Assembly: GCF_006345805.1 (NCBI RefSeq)
Contig: NC_043001.1
Coordinates: forward strand, 120,094,001-120,158,000
Origin: Octopus sinensis
Taxonomy: Eukaryota
Direction: 5' to 3'
Length of the DNA: 64,000 bases
The notes under the pieces are model-generated. The model made no database searches and was not told the DNA's origin. It worked only from the letters and a program-made list of their open reading frames with translations. Positions 51,941-64,000 of this stretch are shown here, piece by piece. Numbering within the stretch: position 1 is the first letter of the stretch; each line of letters starts with the position of its first letter. The translations under genes were made by a program, and so were the position numbers.

Positions 51941-51943
<3 letters not shown>
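51710..51943. mobile_element. Tc1/mariner-type MITE
   Basis: About 28-bp TIRs CAGGTGACCCAAAAGTGGATTTACAGTT / AACTGTAAACCTACTTTTGGGCCACCCTG, with TA on both sides. Confidence 0.85.
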
Positions 51944-51982
<39 letters not shown>

Positions 51983-52101
51983 CAGTTTTGCACGGAGAGC
52001 GATAACATGGCAAATTACTTTATCATATAGCATGAAATGATTGTGGATTAATAATGGTTAAATACATCGTCTGTGAGTATGAAATCCCTCATCTTACCAC
52101 T

Positions 52102-52292
52102 GGAAATGTAAATCTTCACTATGGATTAATTCACCTTTTCTGTGAAGCTAATAAGTCTTTAAAAACCTGTGATAAGTCTGTGCATCATCCTCTTCATATC
52201 TCTGGAAATTTAAATCTACACTATGGATTGATTCATCTTCTCTTCGAAACTAATAAGTTTTTAAAAATCTGTGATAAGACTGTGCATCATCA
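52102..52292. repeat. 102-bp tandem duplication
   Basis: Both units start GGAAAT(G/T)TAAATCT. About 12 differences. Confidence 0.85.
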
Positions 52293-53923
52293 TTAAGGAA
52301 CTTTGGAAAACTGTTTACAACCTATATCTGCCTCTAATGGAACTATCTCCAATATCTCATGAGTATAACCTCACCAACTAAGATGTCTAGAGAACTCAAA
52401 TGTATTTTAGCTGATGAGTACGGGACACTTTTATCTGCTGCAATTGTTGCAACTTGTAATAAAGCCTGTCTTTGTATGAAACAATTGTACTAAAAACCAA
52501 TCCATTCTTGTTGCTTCTTTCTCGTATATATATATATATAATATATATATATATATATTATATATATATATATATATACCCATAACAGATATCATACTTA
52601 AGAATGATGAATTATATATTTTCAAAGTATATTAAAGTATTTTTTTCACCAAATTCCATTCTGACATGTGTTTTTGATGCATCACTTATGTATATTTTGC
52701 TGATTTATATTAAATCAATTAAAAAAGACATTCATCCAAAGCTGACCATTCCTATGTGGCTTTATTCAAGTTGTTATCTATACGGGTGAGTGAAACGAAC
52801 TGAAGATTCAAAGTGTTAGTTATGCGTTCTTAAATTATATTCTTGATGATGGAACAAAATATCAGGATAGAGAACAGAAGAGATAGAAGTGAAATATGAT
52901 ATGTCCATAATTCTGACATCACTCAAACTTAAAATGACCTTTTTAGGTATTAAGGAAAGAGATTATTCTCTTATACTTGGCAGTAGAGAGAACTTTAAGT
53001 AAGACAGGATGCATTCACGCCACTGACCGTTCATATTGAAGATAATATTATATAATATAAGGTTAATGGGCAGATTTCAATTGAATCGAAAAAGGAAAAC
53101 ATTGTTTCATTTAGATAATTTCACTTCTCCATAGGAACAGAATCTTATAATTCATGAATATTAGAAGTCTAGTAATAATTGAAATAAATAAAGTAAAATG
53201 AAACTCCAGCATTTTGCCTTTAAAAGGTCATTCTAATTTTAAGTGATACTAGAATTATGGACATGTATTTCACTACTATAGCTACTGTCGTGTATTCTGA
53301 CAAGGGGTAGCTTCCACAATGTTGGCGACAGAGAAGCTCTTCATTTTGAACTGAAAGAATTTTAAAAAAGAGAACACACATGCATACATACATTTATGTT
53401 TAGGTACATATATGCATGCATACTAAGAGAGAACTTGTTTCTTTCATTAGACGCCACAATATCACAAGCTTTCTAACATGTATGATATAATGTTAAGATT
53501 AGTTGCGTTTTAAGCAACCTCACTTCCCAACATTCCATGCTACGACTAGAAAACTTATACTTTTCATTCGAAACTAAAGAAAAATTGATTGGGTTAGACT
53601 TGATAACGACAGACCAGTGACAGCAAGGTTACGAATTAGCAGTCTTTTGAACGATCCAATGGACTGCGTTGAGGTATCTTTGGTGACAGTTTATGTTCTG
53701 AGTTCAAATTGCTCCTAAATCGACTTTACTTCCATTCCTTTGGAATCGATAAAGTACCGATGAAATACTGGGAATATTTACAACTGCTTTCTGAAGGAAT
53801 TCAAGGTGTGGTCTTCATAATGAATCTTTTTCAAGACACTTCTACTCCTTTAAACACCGATTACGTGAAACGCGGTTACTTAATCGTAGTTTTGGCTTTA
53901 TCAGCCTTCAAAAGTGGCGAAAT

Positions 53924-53973
<50 letters not shown>

Positions 53974-55199
53974 GTACACACACGCACACACACAGACGTA
54001 CACATGCATATATATTGTTTTTGTGTTTAGAAAAGTACGTCTGTATACATATACATATGCGTGTGTACATGTATGTGTGTGGCAATGTTTATCATAGTGC
54101 CAATATATTCATATAACAAGACCAGTGTCAATTAAAAAACACTATCTGAGTAAATCGATACATTATAGACGAATATTGGCCTGTAGAATATTTTAGCCAT
54201 TTATTTCTGAAATCTTGGTTTTGTATTTATATAAAGATAATGTTTCAAAGACCCGAACAGTTAATCACTTAGATTGGGAATTAGGTATTTGAGTGAACAA
54301 AACAAGACAATGGAAACAAATTCCTGGAGTTTTTGATGAGTAACTCTACCCTCGAATTGTTGAAGGCTTTCTTGTAATGCAATCTCTCTGCTCATTACAA
54401 AATGTGTATTCCAAGCAAATACTTTGATTACAATATAATTTTACGGAGACAGTAAAGACTTATAAAATTCTAAATGTATATCACCAAAGTACCATCATGG
54501 TGTAAGAATGGATGGTTAAGAAATGAGACTCGCAACCAAGTGATTCTGAGTTCGATTTTACGGTCTGAAACCTTGTACAAGTAGTCTTTATTATATTATA
54601 TATTATGAATTTGTGTTGCAAGATTGCTGATGTGATGTCGTGTGTTGAAACATAATGTTGTATTTCGGGACAGTCATTTTTTTTTTAATAAATAAACACA
54701 CGCACTATATATTCGTTCTTCAGTCGTTTATTATTGTTGTTATTCTAACTCGTGTCCATTGTCCGGAAATCTTTCAAATTTCAAATTTTATTGGCATGTA
54801 ACAATGTGTCTGTGTGTGCGCGCGTGCGCAAGTGTATTTGTGTGCGTATGTGTATGTAAATATTACTGTGTATGTAAATGACTTTGCAAGTATATATAAG
54901 GTTTCACTCTGATCTCACCATTGTTTTCTTTTTATTCACTCTTTCCCCTCTCACCCACCATTCATTCATTCCTTCTTCCCTTTCTTTCTTATCCCCTCCC
55001 CTCTCTCTTATGCCTACACCTGTCGATTTTAAAACCTCTTTACTTAGCACAATTATGCTTTTTACTATATATATATATCCATACACACACACACGCACAC
55101 ACACACACACACACACATATATATGTATATATATATATGGTTTCCTCGCAGCCATTCCCCTTCTTCTCTCCCTTTCTCTTGCTCCTCCTCCCCCCTTCT

Positions 55200-55560
55200 C
55201 GTCGTTCACCCGCGACGTCACTTCCGCTGCTGTCTCTCTCGCCTGGCTCCCTCAAGGTAATGGACGACATTCTCTTTTTGCTCTGCTCGTCGTCCATAAA
55301 AAATTCTGCGTTTGCAATACTTTTTTTCGTTCGGCGTCAACAGCCCTTCTTATCTTGTTTTTCCTTGTCCTGTCTTTTACTGTTTACAATTTGTACTGTC
55401 GTTACTGTCCTGTTGTTACCATTTTTTACCCCTCTGCGAAAAGATCTCAGAATTTTAATTGATTTGCTTTTCGCAGGAAGGGAAGTTTTCTTGTCGAAGA
55501 TACGTCTCGCTTTTATCCTTCGAAACGTAGAGTAGATGAAACCTTTACCGACTGAAGAAG
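55200..55560 (+). other. Candidate 5' UTR exon 1 (to 55256), intron 55257-55476, exon 2 (from 55477) of an unidentified gene
   Basis: Donor CTCAAG|GTAATG and acceptor TTGATTTGCTTTTCGCAG|, directly downstream of the ETS-CRE motif. Confidence 0.45.
55212..55227. promoter_or_regulatory. Overlapping ETS-CRE motif in a local GC/CpG-rich patch (likely core promoter)
   Basis: The reverse strand reads GCGGAAGTGACGTCGC, versus the canonical CCGGAAGTGACGTCAC. Confidence 0.6.
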
Positions 55561-55769
55561 GGTTTTTTCTTTGTGTTAATTGTCCTGTACTCTATTTTTT
55601 TGCTGTTTTTAAATAAACGTCCAGTTCTTTGGTTTGTGTCTATGTTTTCGTTTCTCGTTGTGTTCGACGTCCTTTTGGTGTCCTGTACTCATATATACGT
55701 GTATATGTACATGTAGAGGTAGGTACGTACATATATGTTTATATATATGCATATGTTTTATTTTATTTA

Positions 55770-55817
<48 letters not shown>

Positions 55818-55820
<3 letters not shown>

Positions 55821-56560
55821 TCAAGGTGCGATGGGTAGATTGTCGTTATTTTATATTTTTATTTTCGCGCAGGCACATTGTTTTTGATTTTGTCGACTGC
55901 ACAGTATAGTAGGGTCAGTTGGGCACCGGCTGTGAAAAAGAAACATCACCATGACGCAATTTACTCTGCCAGAAATTTGGAAATGATATGCTGTACTGCT
56001 TGGAATTCGCGCCAGAAGCTCCAATACGAACATTTCAGAGTGTCTGTGCGTCACTCTGAGGACAGTGCAATCTAAGGACATGTACCTAGAGTAATAAAAA
56101 TCAAACATGAAGTCAATATCATCTTCCCACATGTCCTCACACTCAACACATAGGTCTACATCAAGTGCCTGGAGGAAGTAGTGCTGCCCTGGGTCAAGAG
56201 GGTGGCTGCTGGAAGACCCTATGTTTGGCAACAGAACTCTACACCATACCACACAAGCAGGAGAACCCAGTCATGGCTGTCAAACAATATCTGCGATCAC
56301 ATCATCCCCTAACATCTGGCCACCTAACTCCCCAGACTGCAACCCCTTGATCATTATGTGTTCGGCACAGTTGAATGAGAGACCAACAAAACTCCTTGTG
56401 ACGCCAAAGATGAACTGAAGGCAAGGATAATGGCAGCATTAACCAACTTAAACAACGAGACCGTTTAGAAGAGTTGCAGGAGATTCTGAAGTCATCTGGA
56501 GGCCAATGTAGTCGTCTGGTTGAAGCCAATGAAGTTTTTATTGAATAAATCTACTCTTTA
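55818..56560 (+). mobile_element. Tc1/mariner-superfamily transposon relic with an internal deletion
   Basis: MTQFTLPEIW..AVLLGIRA N-terminus; YIKCLEEVVLPWV..YVWQQNSTPYHT..WPPNSPDCNPL DDE-domain motifs. Confidence 0.88.
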
Positions 56561-56663
56561 TTATTTCATACTGGATATAACTGGGGGACTTTGATGGTAA
56601 CATCCGTTTAAGAAAATTTGATATTCTTAATGTAATCTGATATATATATATATATATATATAT

Positions 56664-56715
<52 letters not shown>

Positions 56716-56882
56716 AAGTGATGTACAGATATTTTATATTTAGAATAATAAAGTAGTCAAGAATGTTGGATGATTACATATATTTTTTATTTTAAAATAT
56801 AAATAAAAATATATATAAATATCCAACATGTTGACTACCTTATTATTATTATTATTAGTATTATATATATATATATATATAG

Positions 56883-56920
<38 letters not shown>

Positions 56921-56923
56921 TTG

Positions 56924-56954
<31 letters not shown>

Positions 56955-57197
56955 ATATATAACCAAAGTGTATGGACGCCGCTATATATATATATATATA
57001 TATACATATATAAAGAATACAAAATGGGACAAGAACGCAAAACATCCAACAGTTAGGTAATGCAAAAATGGGTCAACAAAACATCCAGATATACGATACA
57101 AAGAACATAAGGACGGGTCATTCGGAGTTTTCTTTCCTCAGTCGAGTTCCAGATTATCTTTGCAATTTCGGCTGGTTATAATCGACGATCCTATGTC

Positions 57198-57530
57198 TGA
57201 CAACAGAACTCTGCACCATGCCACACAACCTGGAGAACCCAGTCATGTTTGTGAAACAATTTCTGCGACCACACTACCCCTAACATCTGCCCTCCTAACT
57301 CCCCAGACTGCAACCCCTTGGTTATTATACCTCGGACGCATTTGAGTTTCAAAACTCCTTGAAACACCAAAGATGAAGTGAAGGCAAAGATTATGGCAGC
57401 ATTCACAAATTTAAACAAGTAGACCGTCCAGAAGAGTTGCAGGAGATTCCGAAGTCGTCTGGAGGCCAATGAAGTCGTCTGGTTGAAGCCAATGACGATT
57501 TTATTGAATAGATCTACTCTTTATTATTTA
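57198..57530 (+). mobile_element. Second fragment of the same Tc1/mariner family
   Basis: Diverged duplicate of about 56228-56560. Confidence 0.85.
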
Positions 57531-58333
57531 GGCGTTCCCTTTCCATATATACATACATACATACGTAATACATACATACATACATACATACATACATACA
57601 TACATACTACATACATACATACATACATACATACATAGGTAATACATACATAAATACAAATATATAAGTTTTAATAATAATTGTTAATTATAGGTATCCT
57701 TTTATTAGTTTCTGATGTAATAACGATATTTTAGTATTATCTATTAATTACTGGTATAAGTTTAACATTAATACGTATGGAGTGTTTTAATTATTAACTT
57801 CTGGGATATGCAATAGAGTAATTCACTTAGAACTATATTAATAGTTAAGTTCAGTCGAGTTTGCTTTGTTTTCGAAGGAACAGAATATAAAAGCTTTCAC
57901 TTTTAAATTAATAACCATGGAAGACTGGGGAGAATATTATCTCTATGGATTTCAACAGCTAGGTTGCAATTTACGTAGATAATTTAGGAGTTAGTAATAG
58001 GTTTACATATAGATTATTAATTTACCGATAGTGTTTTTGTACACAGAGTAGATGTAGTTTCTTTGTGGTAGTTTAATTATTAAAGTTAGGGTTTAATCCT
58101 TCCTAGAATTAAGATTGAATGAATGTGGTGATATCTAAGGTTGTTCCCAAACAACACTTATTTTTGTGCTGTTGACATCGCCGGATTGAATGGTACTGCC
58201 AAGGCGTCGAAACCATAGGGATATCCATGGGGCAGCTGATGGTGGAGGTGTGTTGGATTGTTGGTATGGCTGTTATTGTATGTGCGGGATAGTTTTATAA
58301 GACATCCATTTGATATATTTATATATATATATA

Positions 58334-58384
<51 letters not shown>

Positions 58385-58422
58385 TATATATATATATATA
58401 TATACATATAATATATATATAT

Positions 58423-58486
<64 letters not shown>

Positions 58487-58494
58487 ATACAACT

Positions 58495-58700
58495 TATAAA
58501 TAAGGGCAAACGAAAAAATGTTTATGCTAAATATGCCGAAATTGGACATATTGTCGATAACCATATGATGTTTCACAATACGCACGGTACTCGAAAAAAG
58601 GTCGACAGAAATAAAAAAAAAAACATTATTACCACACCGGACCGATTTCAGGGTTAGCTCATAAGAACCCTCTCTTCGTCAGTGATAAATGTGGCAAAAG
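58495..58700 (-). repeat. Repeat shared with about 9905-10020, ending in a degenerate hammerhead-like motif
   Basis: ACAACTTATAAA(C/T)AAGGGCAA...AAATATGCCGAAA is shared. The minus strand has CTGACGA..AGGGTT/AACCCT-GAAA-TCGGTC. Confidence 0.55.
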
Positions 58701-58894
58701 AAATAAATGTGATACTTACTCATACCCATGGAAGAAGCAAAACACTAACTCATGAGCACAACTAAGTACCCCAAATACATCCAAAATAGAAATACTCCAG
58801 CCCATTCAAGACACGTGCGATTTGAACTGAAGCTCTCACAGAGTGAGAATTTAAATATATATATACATATATATATATGTATATGTATGTATGT

Positions 58895-58938
<44 letters not shown>

Positions 58939-59064
58939 CATATGTACACGCACGCATACATTTTACACATCTATCTATAAGTGTATATAAGTGTAATCAC
59001 ACGCATGCACATACAAACATTTGAATAGGTGTGTGTATACTTTCAGGCGCATGAATGTGTGTCC

Positions 59065-59101
<37 letters not shown>

Positions 59102-61297
59102 CGTGTGTGTGTGTGTGTGTGTGTGCGTGTGTGAACTGATTGACTAGAAGATTGATACATTGTCTGGTTCATGGCTTGATGCATCGATAGATAATACAGC
59201 TTCCATGGTTTATTCCGGATCGAGGTGATACAGTGAAAGAAGTCTATGAAATATATGAAATGGAAAAAAATCAATAAATATGTAAGCCACGTATGTCTTC
59301 CATTTTTAACATTTATTGCGATAACACTACATTAAGTACGACCAGATTTATCTGAAACACTATGCTGCAGTATTGCCAAATAGTAAACGATTATCTGCTC
59401 AGTAGTATATCATTCTATTTTCCTTTCACACTTCTCTGCTGTAATGATCTTGTTTAATGATCAATTTTTATTCAATTCCGCAATGTTATATTGTTTTTGG
59501 CCTAACTCCTCACCTGAAATCCCACTCCATAAAATATGTTCGCAAATTAATCTGTGAATGTGATTCAATATAGCTTAAGAGAAACAAAGTCGTATTAATA
59601 CTAAATAAAGAAGTTACACCATCTCGGGTAAAGTTATTTGTATGTCTGTTGATGTTAACTCGTTTAATATAGGCATACGCTTCGTTTCATACCATCTTGT
59701 TTAATTACATTTTCTATGAGGCCTGCTTTAATCTGTAATTGCTATTTAACTGAATGTTTTTTGCATGTGTTGACTAGTTTTCGATAATTCAATCAAAGGT
59801 ATCTATAGAGTTAATTTGATATGTTTCAGAAAACTGCTTCGATATGAATGAAGATCGCAAGGAAAATTTTGTTAGGTGTATCAAAATTGCTTTCGGGCAC
59901 TGATCGGGGGAATCTTTTTCATGTGAGGGCTATTTTTTGTTTTAGAGAAGGTTTTGTCAAATATTTATACCTCATTGGATTTATGGACCCAAGTCTAATG
60001 TAGGCTCGGGATAGGAAACTGTAATAATTGCTATTGAAAATAATACGAAGTCCCACATTGTACTGGATTGTATACGCACCACTTAAAGACTTTATAAGGA
60101 GGTAGAGTACCTGCACAAAGTCAATTTGAAAAAGGATTTGAATTCTGAACTGTTGGTGATACTAAATCAAAAGTGTAATTGGACAGTAATTTCGCTGATT
60201 CCAAACTTTGATGTTCATATGCATCTGAGCCGACTAAGTGTGCGAGAGTTAAGTATTTTAGCCATCGCAAGAACCCAGCACTTGTGATACAATACAAACC
60301 TGCGATTAGGCAGTCTGTATTTTGAATACGTCCTGATTTAGCAGTCTATTTTATTTATTTATTACAGTAAAGAATAGAAAAAACGGTTTTCATAATCTGT
60401 TCAGACTGTCATACATTGTTTAGATTCCTGTTCAACATTATGACTTCATGTCCAACATTATAACCGCTGGGAAAATGAGTGCAGACAGTAATTTACAAAG
60501 TTGTAATTCCGAGCAGAAAAATTTAGCGATGCATTTGTTATTAAAAATGTACATATATTTAGTATGGTTATTGTGTAAGTGTGTGTACATGGGATATCCC
60601 TTCCTACACAACTTCGTTTAGGCATTTGCTTCAATCAGAATGTAAGTTTAAATTTATGCAATATATATGATTTTTCATGCGAATAATTTATGTCTTAAGA
60701 AATTTTGCCCACAGTATTCTTGTAAATGTTTCCAGATAATTGATGATACTAAATATTGACAGTTCACTTTCACAACTGGTAACTAAAGCATACAAAGTAT
60801 AAAATAAAATAATAAAAGAATTATATTACAGTTTGTTGGATTCGTTGGAGGGAATGCTTAATATTTCGTTTGTAATACAGAAGCATATGGCAATAAATTA
60901 GATAATTAAATAAATTTCTTGTTATCTATGGCAAATTATAAAGTTAGTTATGTAAAACAAAATTATTGATCGGAGGAATAGTCCTTCCTATTGTGACAAT
61001 TTATTTAGACACGAAGAAATAGGTAATTTATAGTCAATTATATTCGTTAGGTTTGTATTGCTATGTGAATGATCGAGCAGACATTGGTCATTGACTCTCA
61101 GCAGAAGAAGGCAGTAGAGCTTGTACTATCAACGGCGTCGTGTTGCATCGATGTGTAAACAAGATATCTTATTACCTACAAGTAAATAGGTTCTCTGAGA
61201 ATTGAAACAACTACTACATTTACATACATACAAATATATATATACATACACACACACACACCACACACACACACACACATATATATATACATATATA

Positions 61298-61388
<91 letters not shown>

Positions 61389-62164
61389 GATATAGATATA
61401 CACGTGTGTGTGCGTGTGTGTAATCCAATACAACCTGTTGCGTGGACGGAGCATCGAGGACTAAAACTGCAAGCCTATGAAGATTCTTTAGCAAGAAGGT
61501 TAGTTTTTGTCGAACACCTTGCAGGAAGAAAAGGAAAAGCTATCCAAGGGCTGATTAACTCAATAGAGTCAACGGCCATCTAACAGCTGGGAGTGAAACA
61601 TCTCTAGTGCTTGTATATATAGACATCTCTCTTGAAGAAAAAGACACTAGTAAAAACCGAAACTTCATTTGCACCGAATATTGTAGACTAGTTCCTTTTG
61701 GGAAAATGCATAATTTGTTTAAAAAAAGAGATTGGTATCGTGCGTTGCTTTTCTATCAATAAAAAGTTTCGGGCATAGACATCGCTTGAGTTCTAATATT
61801 TTTGTTAATATATCTGTGACATGCTACATACTTTCGTAAAGGAAAAAAGTAAAAAAGCACTCAATGCGAAATTTATGATGGAATGAAGGCGTGTCAGTGT
61901 GGCTGGTAAGCCTTCTGAAAACATGCATCAAGTGTCGCCTATCATTGCTACTTCTGTACAAAAGACAGTAGGATCCTAGTAGAACTGAAAAGAACTGTCA
62001 AGCGAATTGATCGAAATCGAATTACAGCCATCATATATCTATGTAAGTGAACGCATGTATACATAAGTATGTGACTATGAATCTATGTATATGCATACAT
62101 GTACAGATAAGTATGTTTATAAATATGTGTGCGTGTGTCTGCGCGCGCATGTGTGTGTGTGTGT

Positions 62165-62345
62165 GTTTGTTATCCAGACCGTTTGACAGTCGGTATTGAC
62201 TTGTTTACGTCCTGTAACTTAGCGTTTCAGCAAATAGCTCGATAAAATAAGCTTCAGACTTAAAATAAGTATGATAGTTGATTTTTTTTCGATTAACTCT
62301 ATAAGATGGTGCTCCGGCGTAACGGCAGTTCAATGACTTACAAAC
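62165..62345 (+). mobile_element. SINE family B, 3' half
   Basis: Matches about 1185-1345 (TTTACGTCC..GTAACTTAGCG..., GGTGCTCC). Confidence 0.65.
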
Positions 62346-62364
62346 CAGTAAAAGAGCGTATACA

Positions 62365-62410
<46 letters not shown>

Positions 62411-62749
62411 TGTGTGTGAGTGTGTGCGTGTGTGTACTTCTAATATAAGGACAAAATTTTAAAATGTTGTCAGTGGCCAGCATATGAAAACTGGGATCTT
62501 TTCCTTTTGAACAGGAGATCGAGAAATTAATATTTTGTAACTAAACACTTTCAAACTTCGGATACTGGTAGACTGTGTCATATAAAACATCTTTTACTCT
62601 TAGTGTTGTTGAGAAAAGTTTATATTTTCAAAATTATTTCGTGTTAAAGTTGTCGTATTTCGGTAATTTCAACGGCAGTAATTTTATTCACCTGAATACA
62701 CGTCATTGATTGATTGGAATTACCGAAATACGACTACTAAGATCAGAAA

Positions 62750-63760
62750 AATGTCTTTTAAGGTGAAGATTATAAATGCAATTATAAATAAGGACAAAAA
62801 GAAAAAAGTTTCTTTGCCACTATACTGAAAAATCGTCTATGCTAAATCGTCTAACCACATAAAATACTTTCACTTATATAAATCACACCACACGTGGAAA
62901 CGAGGAAAGCAGGCTAACAGAAATTCATAAAAATATAGTTATCCCCGAATCGGTTCCGATTTCTGGGTTAATCCAAAAAAGGGTTCCTCCTTCATCAGCG
63001 AGGAACACAAAATGAAAATAAATGAAACACTTAGACACACCCAAGGAAAAGCAGACGCAAAGTTATGAATTCATTTCAGTGCCCAAAATATATCCTAATA
63101 GAAATTCTGTAGAAAGCCTCGACACAAATGTAGTCGGCCAGGACACGCACGCAAGTGTTTAACCATTCCCGAAGTGAATGAGAATAAATTAAAAAATTAT
63201 ACCAGTGGCCAGTATATGAAAAATACTTTTTAAAGGGAAAATTATAAATACAATTATAAATAATGACAAAAGAAAAAAAATTCGTTGGCAATATGTTGAA
63301 AAATAGACGCTAAATCGTTTAACCAGATAAAATATTTTCTCTTATTATTATTACAGCGCATGTCGGAACGAGAAAAGTAAGATAACAGAAATTCAAAAAT
63401 ATATAGTTTTCCTCGAATCGGTTCTGATTTCTGAATTAATCCGCGTGGTGTAATAATATAAATGAAAATATTATATGTGGTTAGACGATTTTATTCTTTT
63501 TGCCCTTATTCATAATTGCATTTTTAATTTTCACTTTAAAAGGTATTTTTCATATGCTGATCACTGATAAAATTTTTTAATAAAATTTTATCGTTATATT
63601 AGAAGTAAATTGATTTTCATTCACTTCGGGATTGCTTAATCACTTGTGTGTTTTGTCGAGACTTGCTACAGAATTTCTATTTGGATATATTGGGGCACTT
63701 AAATGTAGTCATGACTTTGCGTCTGCTTTTCCACTGTGGGTATGTCTAAGTGTTCAGTTC
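62750..63760. repeat. Complex direct-plus-inverted repeat
   Basis: About 62760-62990 is repeated at about 63225-63450, and about 63025-63285 is inverted at about 63480-63760. Confidence 0.8.
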
Positions 63761-63899
63761 TACATTTAAGAGATGAGGAATTATGTACATTATTTACATT
63801 ATTCACATTTGACGGATATTTGTCCTTATCTTGTTAAGAGCGCGGGCTACTAACTCCAAGATTCCGAGTTCGATTCCAGGCAGTGACCTGAATAATAAA

Positions 63900-63931
<32 letters not shown>

Positions 63932-64000
63932 CAACAACAACAACAACAACATCGAAAAATACCTTAGGAATGAGATCCCAGATTCAAAATTTCCCCAAGA

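Noticed and set aside
52054-52296. ORF with a 34-aa duplicated unit
   Set aside because: The 12 differences between units fall evenly (4/4/4) across codon positions, so there is no coding signature; the minus frames have stops.
60020-60085. Actinoporin-like snippet VIIAIENNTKSH on the + strand
   Set aside because: It is followed quickly by a stop and lacks the other actinoporin motifs.
1-64000. Dozens of ORFs rich in YI, HT, CV, ER or SL repeats, poly-N or poly-Y
   Set aside because: They are translations of microsatellites, or antisense or shadow frames of TE ORFs.
1-64000. CRISPR array, rRNA, true tRNA genes, TnpB/Fanzor
   Set aside because: No repeat-spacer periodicity, no rRNA motifs and no RuvC-like motifs were seen. 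The tRNA-like A/B boxes all run into SINE bodies without a cloverleaf 3' half.

Overview
This is AT-rich eukaryotic DNA saturated with microsatellites ((TA)n, (CA)n, (AG)n, (AAT)n, (GATA)n, (TACA)n). The SINE families and an invertebrate-code mitochondrial insert suggest a mollusc, probably an octopus-type cephalopod (inference). Most ORFs in the track are microsatellite artefacts. Transposons dominate the real content: a near full-length CR1-group LINE whose upstream ORF looks like a Myb/SANT (trihelix) domain; one near full-length and three partial R4/Dong-type RLE LINEs, mostly in (TAA)n; two Penelope-like elements (RT + GIY-YIG) with hammerhead-like motifs; mariner/Tc1 relics; Helitron pieces; many tRNA-derived SINEs; and several long inverted repeats. 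Other items are an atp6 NUMT flanked by an 11-bp direct repeat, a likely promoter with first exon and intron at about 55.2 kb (ETS-CRE motif), a duplicated ETS/YY1/CCAAT module at 11.2 kb, a triplicated signal-peptide-like exon, and candidate minus-strand exons of unidentified host gene(s). No complete host gene, rRNA, true tRNA or CRISPR array could be supported. All alignments were done by eye, so most boundaries are approximate (about 10-50 bp).
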